DNA from: Candidatus Latescibacterota bacterium
GTDB taxonomy: Bacteria > Latescibacterota > UBA2968
DNA: 64,000 nucleotides
Direction of reading: 5' to 3'
Assembly (NCBI GenBank): GCA_965207885.1
Contig: OZ242311.1
Location: 3,712,001-3,776,000, forward strand
The translations under genes and the position numbers were made by a program. This document shows positions 9,753-18,420 of this stretch, in pieces. Position 1 is the stretch's first letter, and the number at the start of each line of letters is the position of its first letter. The notes under the pieces are model-generated. The model made no database searches. It saw only the letters and a program-made list of their open reading frames with translations, and was not told the DNA's origin.

Positions 9753-10390
9753 TTCACCGCACAATGCGCCAGACAATGGACAAAGTAAAGGAGATGGTAA
9801 GTGGAAAATTGCTGGATGTGGGGTGTGGCAATAAACCCTATGCCAGCATTTTTGAGACGCGCGTGCAACAATACATCGGCCTGGAAAAAGGGCACGAGCG
9901 GTATGAACGCGCCGACGTGTGGGGCGATGTGCTGGCCCTCCCCATCCGCGACCAAACCTGCGGTACCGTGTTGTGCAATCAGGTCTTAGAACATGTGCCG
10001 CAGCCCCAACTGGCAATTGACGAAATGGCGCGCGTATTGCGACCGGGTGGCTATTTAATTCTCACCGCACCCCATATTTGGGGCTTGCACGAAGTCCCCC
10101 ACGACTATTTCCGCTTTACGCCTTATGGCTTGCGCCATCTCGCTGAAAAATCGGGGCTAACCGTCCATACAACGCAGGCACTTGCGGGATTTTGGGTCAC
10201 AGCCGGAACGCGATTCTGTTATTATTTGGCGCGTTTTGAGCGCGGACCTCTAATCCCCTTTACGCGCATTGGATTTTTGCTCATCCAACTCGGCGCACTA
10301 TTTTTGGATCGCTTGCACCGCGTAGAGAGCGAAGCGTGGAATTTTCTACTCATCGCACAAAAGCGCGCAAAGGTTTTATCCCATGAGTGA
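9695..10390 (+). CDS. Class I SAM-dependent methyltransferase (possibly the C-terminal domain of the upstream WecA-like protein)
   Basis: LLDVGCGNKPY, QVLEHVP, RVLRPGG, HEVPHDYFRFT; start uncertain. Confidence 0.85.
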   Translation: MEGDGCDGRPVGLFGKNWLIHRTMRQTMDKVKEMVSGKLLDVGCGNKPYASIFETRVQQYIGLEKGHERYERADVWGDVLALPIRDQTCGTVLCNQVLEHVPQPQLAIDEMARVLRPGGYLILTAPHIWGLHEVPHDYFRFTPYGLRHLAEKSGLTVHTTQALAGFWVTAGTRFCYYLARFERGPLIPFTRIGFLLIQLGALFLDRLHRVESEAWNFLLIAQKRAKVLSHE

Positions 10391-12506
10391 TTTTATCGCG
10401 TCCATTAAAGCCAATTTTAATGAGCGGTACCCGGGTATCCACCATGCGATAGTGAAACACTATTTCACATCTATCATCATCCTGATCATCTTCTTTGCAT
10501 TTATCCTTCGATATTTCCAATTAAACGTCGGTTTGCCCTATTTGTATTTTTGGGATGAACCCCTTACAGCCAGCAACGCGCTTCAGATGATAAAAACGGG
10601 GGATTACAACCCCCATTTTTTTAAGTACGGTTCTCTGATGATTTATTTGAACCTGCTGATCGATCAGTTATACCGTATTTATCTCTCACTCACGGGCGAT
10701 TTGGCAAGCGTAGAAAATATACGCATTGGAGCCGACACCGGTTGGCACTGGACGATATCTCATCCGAGCTTTTATTTTTGGAATCGTTTTTTGACCGCCA
10801 CAATGGGCATCGCAACAGTATTTATCGCCTATTTAATCAGCAGGTCGATATGCAACAGATGGACAGGCATCATATCGGCCCTTTTTTTATCTGTTCTCCC
10901 GATCCACATAGTTCATTCGGGTTTTGTAACAATGGACGCGCCAGTCGCCCTGTTTGTCTCGCTTGTCGCCCTATTCTCCATTTTGTTTATCGACCAAAAA
11001 AAAATCATCTATTTCATATTGGGTTTAATATGCGTCGGCTTTGCCACAGCGATAAAATACAATTCGAGCCTGGTAATTTTGCTCCCCATTGCATCGCTGA
11101 TTTGGATGTCTTACCGGGATGAACTCTCGCGCCAAAAATTTTATTGGCTTGCGATCCCCTGCCTGCCAGCGGTGACTTTCTTTTTTATGATGCCCTACGC
11201 AATTCTCGACTTTCCAAATTTTATTAAGGATGTCTTACACCAAATTAATTACTACAAAACCACGGGACACCCCGGCGCAACAATCAGCCCTGGATGGGAT
11301 TATTTTGCATTTCAGATACGGGAATTTTACCAAAACATAGGGCTAACAGGCACCATCCTGTTTGCAATCGGTCTGGCGGGGACAATTTCCCGCCCTGTAT
11401 TACTCCTGATCTTATTATTTCCCGCGAGCTATCTTGTATTTATGAGCGGCATGACCGTCAACTTTCACAGAAACTTTATACAGGTGTACCCATTCATCGC
11501 CGTCTTTACTGGTGTCGCGTTTTACAATCTGCATGCAGCATTGACGCGCTTTTATCCAAAGCTCAAAAAGCCAATTCTGATTGTATGCCTCGCAGCCATG
11601 CTCGTTTTACTGCCACGAGCTTATGACGCTTATCAAACGGGCATAGTATTGCACAACACCAGAGATACCAGAAGCACAGTCATAGATACGCTCAACGCAA
11701 TGGAAAATATGCAACAAGTCGTCTTTGCCAGAGAACTGCGTATTCACAAACAAGACCTCGACAGATTAAAATACGACTATGCGATACAGCCCATAGAAAT
11801 AATGAGCGCGGAACAAAATAGAGACCGCACACACTATGTCTTGCCAGTCGAAATATCTCAGATTTACACTTATCACCAGGAGGAAATACAGACAAAACAA
11901 GCAATCATCAACAAAATCCCTGACGAGCATATTATGCAATACATCGACAACATTTACATCGGGAAAAATATAGGAAAAAATTACATCAAACAAAATGCCG
12001 CAACCATGCTCGATGTATTTTCCACGAGCCCTTCGCTGATCATCGCAAATCAGATACCGCACGAACCATTGCACCCCGGCACTATTGCATTTGATACCTG
12101 CAAGCTATCTCCCACAGGCGTGCAAATCAACATCCGCAATACCGCAACACTCCGCGATGGCGTAATAACAACCCCGTCTTACCACCTGAAACGCGGGAGA
12201 TACCTGTTCACATTTCAAGCAAACAAATCTGCGACACCAGAACGCTCTAAAAGCTTTATTTTTAGAGAATACGAAACAAAAATCACCGTAAAACGCCTGA
12301 ACGCATTCCGCGAACATGCGAGCATCAAGGTCTCAATCTTTGCAGACCAGACGCTCTTAACACAACAAATATTCATCCCAACAGAGAACTTCGCTCAAAT
12401 GGACGCCTTTTTTTCGCTCGAAAAAAACCAGCGCGTTTCAGTCAAAATAGAAAATCTCTATCCTGTGAAAACAACAGTTAAGCAACTGAAAATTTTGGCT
12501 TTGTAA
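10383..12506 (+). CDS. GT-C glycosyltransferase (PMT/ArnT-like) with large C-terminal soluble domain
   Basis: YFWDEP...GDYNPHFFKYGSL, multi-TM, A.KYN, MPYA; AT-richer than neighbours. Confidence 0.75.
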   Translation: MSDFIASIKANFNERYPGIHHAIVKHYFTSIIILIIFFAFILRYFQLNVGLPYLYFWDEPLTASNALQMIKTGDYNPHFFKYGSLMIYLNLLIDQLYRIYLSLTGDLASVENIRIGADTGWHWTISHPSFYFWNRFLTATMGIATVFIAYLISRSICNRWTGIISALFLSVLPIHIVHSGFVTMDAPVALFVSLVALFSILFIDQKKIIYFILGLICVGFATAIKYNSSLVILLPIASLIWMSYRDELSRQKFYWLAIPCLPAVTFFFMMPYAILDFPNFIKDVLHQINYYKTTGHPGATISPGWDYFAFQIREFYQNIGLTGTILFAIGLAGTISRPVLLLILLFPASYLVFMSGMTVNFHRNFIQVYPFIAVFTGVAFYNLHAALTRFYPKLKKPILIVCLAAMLVLLPRAYDAYQTGIVLHNTRDTRSTVIDTLNAMENMQQVVFARELRIHKQDLDRLKYDYAIQPIEIMSAEQNRDRTHYVLPVEISQIYTYHQEEIQTKQAIINKIPDEHIMQYIDNIYIGKNIGKNYIKQNAATMLDVFSTSPSLIIANQIPHEPLHPGTIAFDTCKLSPTGVQINIRNTATLRDGVITTPSYHLKRGRYLFTFQANKSATPERSKSFIFREYETKITVKRLNAFREHASIKVSIFADQTLLTQQIFIPTENFAQMDAFFSLEKNQRVSVKIENLYPVKTTVKQLKILAL

Positions 12507-12619
12507 AATTTTCAAACTGTTGTAAAAATTCACACCTGTGCCATAGCGTCACATATCCCGCCTTTTCTATCCTGATTATATCATGTTGTAATTCAACAAC
12601 TTAAAACAATTCATCTCAA

Positions 12620-12636
12620 TTGGCACGCTGTTTGCA
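12620..12636 (+). promoter_or_regulatory. Sigma-54 (-24/-12) promoter
   Basis: TTGGCACGCTGTTTGCA matches YTGGCACG-N4-TTGCW exactly, ending about 45 nt upstream of the 12681 start. Confidence 0.85.
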
Positions 12637-12680
12637 TAACACTTTTACCGCACACAAAAACCTCAACGGAGAAATGTGCG

Positions 12681-14039
12681 GTGAAAACAATTTACTACAC
12701 AGTGCTTTTGCTAACCGTCTCGCTACACGGCTGCGCCACCTATTCTCACTTTTCGGGCGACTTTCGCACGAGCCTGCGCGCGCGCAATTACGAAGACGCC
12801 CGTGCAAAAATCAAAAAGTCGAGAAAAAGAGGCAACCAATTGCTCTATCTCCTCGAAAATGGCCTCTTAACCCACTATCAGGGTCACTACGAAACATCCA
12901 ACCGCTATTTTGCCGAAGCCGAGCGGTTATCAGATCGACTCTATACCCGCTCGGTTTCCCGAGAAGCCGCCGCATTTTTGACCAACGACGCCATACGCAA
13001 CTACCGCGGCGACAGCTTTGAAATGGTTGCCGTACACTACTATCGCGCGTTGAACTACTGGTATCTGGGCCTCCCTGAAGACGCCCTTGTCGAATGTCGC
13101 AAAGCCAATTTGAAACTCGACCAATACGCCATCCACAATGGACAGACGAGTTACAAAAATGACGCCTTTATTCACTACATCACCGGCCTGTTCTACGAAG
13201 CCACAGGCGAATTCAACGACGCCCGCGTCTCCTATCAGCACGCACAAGACGCCTATTCATACTACGAAAAAAAGTTCTATACCGCCCCACCTCAAACCAT
13301 CGCCGAAGACCTCAAACAGGTAGATGACATTCTCAACGGCAAGGAATCCGACATGCGCTTTGCCTCGCTCAACATCCCGCCCTTTGTACCGCCTGTGGGC
13401 AATGGCGAACTCGTGATCTTTTCTGAAATCGGCTTTATCCCCCGCAAAGTCCAGGAGGAAATAGATCTGCCCGTTTACGAAGAAGACATCAAACACAGCA
13501 AAGGCGACAAAGTATCTACCATCGCCGCCGAAATCTCACACCGCCGTCACCGCGTATATCCCATTCGCGATGTCGAATACTGGTTGCGCGTTACCCTTCC
13601 CAAATACGAGGCCGTTGCCCCGCGCACAAAGCACATTCTCATCCGCGCAGGAAATCGCACCATCCAAACGCAGATCGCCCAAAATTACGCCGCAATTGCA
13701 AAAACATCGCTCCGGGATCACTACCCGAGGATTATGATCAGAACAATTGCACGCGGGCTTGTGAAATACATAGCCCACCGAGAGGCCAAAGACGAAAATG
13801 AAGTCCTCGGTTTCTTCGTCAACCTGTTCAACATCTCAACCGAAATCGCCGACACCCGCAGTTGGGTCTCCTTGCCCCACAATATACAAATCGGCCGCCT
13901 CGAACTGCCACCCGGTATTCACACCATCACGCTCGAAGCACTCGACGCCAACGGGCGCATTATCGAAACCGAAACCTTTACCAACATCGAAATCAAACCC
14001 GGCCAACGCACGTTTTTAAATCACAGGATCTATCAATAA
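12681..14039 (+). CDS. COG3014-like TPR-type lipoprotein
   Basis: Lipobox LHGC; LYLLENGL, Y.G..FE..VHYY.ALNY...EDALVECRK, ADTRSW.SLP; sits near LpoB as is typical of this family. Confidence 0.8.
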   Translation: MKTIYYTVLLLTVSLHGCATYSHFSGDFRTSLRARNYEDARAKIKKSRKRGNQLLYLLENGLLTHYQGHYETSNRYFAEAERLSDRLYTRSVSREAAAFLTNDAIRNYRGDSFEMVAVHYYRALNYWYLGLPEDALVECRKANLKLDQYAIHNGQTSYKNDAFIHYITGLFYEATGEFNDARVSYQHAQDAYSYYEKKFYTAPPQTIAEDLKQVDDILNGKESDMRFASLNIPPFVPPVGNGELVIFSEIGFIPRKVQEEIDLPVYEEDIKHSKGDKVSTIAAEISHRRHRVYPIRDVEYWLRVTLPKYEAVAPRTKHILIRAGNRTIQTQIAQNYAAIAKTSLRDHYPRIMIRTIARGLVKYIAHREAKDENEVLGFFVNLFNISTEIADTRSWVSLPHNIQIGRLELPPGIHTITLEALDANGRIIETETFTNIEIKPGQRTFLNHRIYQ

Positions 14040-14058
14040 TTACACAAGGAGGAACACA

Positions 14059-14874
14059 ATGAAACTTTCACATCGAAGTCTTTTGTCGATAATCGCTCTC
14101 GTCCTGCTGGTCATGTCAACGGCAAACGCGGCGCAATCAGACCTGCCGCCCACGCGGGGCATCGTCGTCAACCTCGTCGAATGGGACGGCGGAGAATTGC
14201 CCGCCGTTTATGAACGCACGGACCAGCTTCCCTTTACCCATGAGGACCTGTTGCAATTGGTACAAAGCGACTTTAAACCCGACCAAATTGCGCAGATGAT
14301 TTCCGAGCGGCGATATGCGGGCGATGCATCTGCCGAAGGTCTGATTGCACTGAAGAGAGCTGGTCTTGCACCCGTCGTTATACAGGCCATCTCCAAACAC
14401 GCGCTCGCGCCCAACCAATCGCTCAACCTCACCATTTACCTGACCTTTGACGGGCATTCCCAAACAGCGCGCCATCGCTTTCTCTACGTCATCATTCCCG
14501 ACGGCGAGATCCAGCGCGTCTTCACTGCCGACTTAAACACAGTGCTCGCCGGACAGTGGAAAAGAGACACCCTGATCGATGCCACAGACCCCTTGATCCC
14601 GCGAAAAATTCGGCGCGTCACCTTCTCGGGAACAATCCCACTCAAAACACACGGCAGCAAAACCGTACGAATTTTCACATCCTCGCGCCCGGGAATCTAT
14701 CAAATCGACGAGATACCAGCGATAGACCTCTCGCGGGTTCAAACATATCAAATGGATTATCCAGTCAGTTCACCCATTCAAGACTGCCGCGCCTATATCC
14801 GCTACAAACAGGATGTAGTGCTGCCGGACAAATGGCACATGATTGACACGCGCATGGAATGCGAATGGCGATAA
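14059..14874 (+). CDS. Secreted protein of unknown function
   Basis: AGGAGG RBS, signal peptide ending ANA; helical module (FTHEDLLQLV...LIALKRAGL..VIQAI) followed by a beta-rich region. Confidence 0.75.
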   Translation: MKLSHRSLLSIIALVLLVMSTANAAQSDLPPTRGIVVNLVEWDGGELPAVYERTDQLPFTHEDLLQLVQSDFKPDQIAQMISERRYAGDASAEGLIALKRAGLAPVVIQAISKHALAPNQSLNLTIYLTFDGHSQTARHRFLYVIIPDGEIQRVFTADLNTVLAGQWKRDTLIDATDPLIPRKIRRVTFSGTIPLKTHGSKTVRIFTSSRPGIYQIDEIPAIDLSRVQTYQMDYPVSSPIQDCRAYIRYKQDVVLPDKWHMIDTRMECEWR

Positions 14875-14909
14875 GACACGCCTTTCACCTCTCAACAAGG
14901 AGTTAAGCC

Positions 14910-15497
14910 ATGAAACTCATCACCTGGATAGCAATCGCCCTGATCGGTATCACAACTGGATGCGCTGGGCCCAGAGCCTTTACAAAAGGGACGTATGAAG
15001 ATCCCAAAACCATCGCCTTGCTCGACGACCGCTTTAACGAAAACGACATGCAACTCATCGCCAAAAAAGTCGTCGATTCAATCCTCAAAGCCCCATTGAA
15101 CAGACCTGAACCCGCCATCATGCTCGGCAAAATGCGCAATCGCACTACCGAACACATCGACATGGTAGCCCTCTCCGACAAAATCAAAACCGCATTGATC
15201 CAGAGCGGCAAAGTGCGCTTTGTCGATGTCACCAACCGCAAAGACATCGCCACAGAATACGACTATCAACAATCGGGCTACGTCGATCCCACACAGGCCA
15301 AAGCACCGGGCAAACAGACCGGATCAGACCTGATCCTCACAGGCACACTCAGCGCGAACGTGCAGGAAGTGGGCAAAGACAAACTCATCTACTACAAAGC
15401 CACTTTCCAACTCACGGATCTGGTCTCATCAGAAATTATATGGACAGACGAAAAAGAAATCCGCAAAGCCTACAAAAAGCGCAGCATCGGATTGTAA
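14910..15497 (+). CDS. lpoB: LpoB-family penicillin-binding protein activator lipoprotein
   Basis: Lipobox TTGC; DMQLIA..VDS, NRTTEHID..LSDKI.TAL..SGKVRFVD, EIIW..EKEIRK. Confidence 0.8.
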   Translation: MKLITWIAIALIGITTGCAGPRAFTKGTYEDPKTIALLDDRFNENDMQLIAKKVVDSILKAPLNRPEPAIMLGKMRNRTTEHIDMVALSDKIKTALIQSGKVRFVDVTNRKDIATEYDYQQSGYVDPTQAKAPGKQTGSDLILTGTLSANVQEVGKDKLIYYKATFQLTDLVSSEIIWTDEKEIRKAYKKRSIGL

Positions 15498-15566
15498 TTG
15501 CGCAGAAGACCTGGGATTATTAGGTTGGGGTTTACGGATAATCCTGATCCAGAAAGGAGCAAAACC

Positions 15567-16112
15567 ATGAAACACCTGTTATTCACACTCGCAATCGCTA
15601 TACTTCTGGGGAGTAGTGCCAGCGCGCAAACTGGCCGCACTGATGGGGCAGAAGAAAGCGAATTCGGCAAAGGGGGATACCCGTTTGGCGGCCCGAGCCA
15701 TCGCGTCTATCTCAACACCGCCTTTGGCTCTGGTTTTTTTGACCTGACGGACGTCAACAAAACGCGCACGGGTTTTCTCTATGGGGTTGACCTCGGCGTC
15801 GAAATGGACCAGTGGCTCGGCATTCAGGCGAGCTATAATTATCTTTCCGACCGCGACATGTCCATCTTCAGCCTCGGCTCGCGTTTTGCCTACGCCTTTG
15901 ACCCCTTTGTGTACCACGTCTCGCTCAACGCCGGGCTATATGCGCCCAATGAAGGCAGCCGCAACTTTGGTCTGGCACCTGGCGCAGGCATAGACATCGT
16001 CCTCCACAAAAGGGTGCGTATCGGACTCGACTACAAACACGACTTTATCTTTACCGACAACCGCACCACCGACATGGACCGGATTTACGCAGGTCTCAAA
16101 TTCTTCTTTTAA
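15567..16112 (+). CDS. Small outer-membrane beta-barrel protein
   Basis: ATG 15567 after AAAGGAG; signal peptide; amphipathic strands; C-terminal YAGLKFFF BAM signal. Confidence 0.8.
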   Translation: MKHLLFTLAIAILLGSSASAQTGRTDGAEESEFGKGGYPFGGPSHRVYLNTAFGSGFFDLTDVNKTRTGFLYGVDLGVEMDQWLGIQASYNYLSDRDMSIFSLGSRFAYAFDPFVYHVSLNAGLYAPNEGSRNFGLAPGAGIDIVLHKRVRIGLDYKHDFIFTDNRTTDMDRIYAGLKFFF

Positions 16113-16114
16113 TC

Positions 16115-16156
16115 AAAAAAACAAGAAGCGAGGGCCAAACAATCCCTCGCTTCTTG
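16115..16156. terminator. Intrinsic terminator between convergent genes
   Basis: 13-bp stem CAAGAAGCGAGGG/CCCTCGCTTCTTG with a preceding A-tract (U-tract on the minus strand). Confidence 0.75.
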
Positions 16157-16182
16157 CGTCTTATCCACAGGCCTCATATCAC

Positions 16183-17205
16183 CTATCCAAACACCTCACT
16201 CGCGACAAAAGCCATACCCAGTGCAGCAGCAGAATCGCCGCCGCGCGCCCATTCAAACTGCGTTGAAACAGCCTGCGTATCAAAGGGATTTTCGAGATAG
16301 ATCGGCCACGACCCATCCTTAAATCCTTCGATTACCCACGCCATATACCGATCGCGAAAAGACGCTTCTGAAAGCCCTCCGCCGATCACCACAAGCCCGG
16401 GGTCGAATAATCGCACCCAATTCGCGATCGCATAACCCAGAATAAATGCCTGCTCCTTAAAAAGCGACACCGCGAGTGGGTCGTCATTCTCCGCGTAATC
16501 GCGGAGTTGATACGCCTTTTCCTCAATTGACGCACCAACAGCATTCAGCGCGTGATCCCTCCATTTATCCTGCGTCAATTCAATCCCGAGTCTGCGTCGC
16601 AATGCCATAAGCGACACCCAGGCCTCCGCACAACCCGTAAGCCCACAGGAACAAGCAGGCAACTCCCCATCCACCTCCCGAAACGGAACCGAAGCATGCC
16701 CCACTTCCAGCGCGAGACCATTTGAACCCTCGTAAATCTGCCCACCGGGCAAAACCAATCCACCACCCAGACCCGTTCCAGGCGCAACGAGCAAAAGACC
16801 CGCATCGGAATCTGGCCGCGCAGCGTATTCACCTGCCGCCGCTGCATTGCCATCATTCGTCATATACACGGGTACACCCGCGCGCGCAGAAAACTCGCCG
16901 CGAATATTCGTCCCCACCCAATCCGCACCCAGATTGGCCTGCACCCGAATCACGCCACTACTACTCGGCGCAGGAACATCCAGCCCAATACCCGCAATAT
17001 CCGATTGGCTCCTCCCAGCGCGGTCCGCCAATAACAACAGTGCTTCCTCGAGCTGTGCAAACGTCGCCTCATACCCGTCTTTGACGCGACTGGGCACCTC
17101 TACCATATCGCCCAATAAATTGCCAGCAGCATCGACGAGAATAGACTTCACACTCGTCCCACCGATATCCAGCCCCGCAAAACAGCGCGTATTACTCTCT
17201 CCCAT
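16183..17205 (-). CDS. ROK family sugar kinase
   Basis: GLDIGGT, NDGNAAAAGE, GTGLGGG, EVGH...CSCGLTGCAE Zn motif. Confidence 0.92.
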   Translation of the reverse strand: MGESNTRCFAGLDIGGTSVKSILVDAAGNLLGDMVEVPSRVKDGYEATFAQLEEALLLLADRAGRSQSDIAGIGLDVPAPSSSGVIRVQANLGADWVGTNIRGEFSARAGVPVYMTNDGNAAAAGEYAARPDSDAGLLLVAPGTGLGGGLVLPGGQIYEGSNGLALEVGHASVPFREVDGELPACSCGLTGCAEAWVSLMALRRRLGIELTQDKWRDHALNAVGASIEEKAYQLRDYAENDDPLAVSLFKEQAFILGYAIANWVRLFDPGLVVIGGGLSEASFRDRYMAWVIEGFKDGSWPIYLENPFDTQAVSTQFEWARGGDSAAALGMAFVASEVFG

Positions 17206-17215
17206 AACCCCATTC

Positions 17216-18394
17216 CTATCTTCGGGTAATCACAAACAACTGGCGCGTCCCATCTCTGGAAATCGAAGGAAAAAGCACCTGGTCACTCGTGCGGTTCCAG
17301 CAGGGTGCGGGATCGCTCCTCAAATCCCCCGATATCCACTCCCCCTGATCGTATCGCTCGGTTCGCGCCCATGCCCCGTCAGCCATGCGATACATCACAT
17401 AAACCGTTCCGCGCTTTGGCCCCGAACCATTGATGATCCACTTTCCATCTGGGGAAAACGCATTGTCTCCGCCAGGCTCCGGAAAAACAGACTGATCTCC
17501 CAAAGTCCGTACAATTTTCTGCTCATCGGTATCGTACACCACCAAATCATCTGCATTGTGACCGAGAATCTCATGCCCTTCCAACCACTCGGGATGACCA
17601 CCAATAAAAACCTTCTGTATGGTTAAATCACTGCCATCGGAATTCACGGTAAAAGGCACATTGAGCTGATCCCCGCGCCCACCGAAATTGCCTCGCGCAT
17701 AAAAATAAATCCGATCATCATCCCGGTTCCACAGCGTATGGTTGATAAACATCTCCTTGCTCTCAACTCCCGGGTGGTAATCCCGCAACGCATCTCCCAA
17801 TTCGGCAAAAGATGCAATCAACTCTTTTTCGCCCGTATTCACATCAATCTTAAAAATCCCATCGTCCTCGGGATGTACAACCCCTTCAGTCCAGTCCGCC
17901 GCGCCGAGATATCCCGTCACCAAACGCAGACGCGCCATACGCGCATAATTTAATCCCAGAAAATAGCCGCCATTTTGCGCCACACCGCTGTTGCCAAACG
18001 ACGTATCTTCATAGCGATACTCGCGGATCCTTTTCCCCCTGGAAATATCAAATAAAACCGTAAAAACCTTCTGCGTCTCTGGATCGCGATCATTGAAAAA
18101 AAACTGCATCTCCGGCGATTCGGGATTCCAATAAAACATCGTACCCTGCTGCGGATTCCATCCCTGCGACTGATCAACTATCTGGATCGAATACTCATTC
18201 TCAGTATCGATCAAAATCACATCCGCTGCCTCGCCAGGTCCGGGCATATGATCCTGAAAACCATTCCGCAACGCGACGATATAGCGACCGCTCTGATTCC
18301 AGGAAATGGTCTGCGACTGACCGATATAACCAAAAAAGTGATGTTTGGGACCATACGTGATCTGCTCAACTTCAAGCTCAAATGAATCTGACAA
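17216..18394 (-). CDS. Hypothetical beta-propeller (TolB-like) protein
   Basis: TTG start 18394 after GAGGAG; HHFFGY, WNPQQG, HTLWN, GGHPEW, FSPDG, DPAPCWN blades. Confidence 0.65.
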   Translation of the reverse strand: MSDSFELEVEQITYGPKHHFFGYIGQSQTISWNQSGRYIVALRNGFQDHMPGPGEAADVILIDTENEYSIQIVDQSQGWNPQQGTMFYWNPESPEMQFFFNDRDPETQKVFTVLFDISRGKRIREYRYEDTSFGNSGVAQNGGYFLGLNYARMARLRLVTGYLGAADWTEGVVHPEDDGIFKIDVNTGEKELIASFAELGDALRDYHPGVESKEMFINHTLWNRDDDRIYFYARGNFGGRGDQLNVPFTVNSDGSDLTIQKVFIGGHPEWLEGHEILGHNADDLVVYDTDEQKIVRTLGDQSVFPEPGGDNAFSPDGKWIINGSGPKRGTVYVMYRMADGAWARTERYDQGEWISGDLRSDPAPCWNRTSDQVLFPSISRDGTRQLFVITRR

Positions 18395-18420
18395 TTTATT
18401 CTCCTCGTGTATTTTACGGA

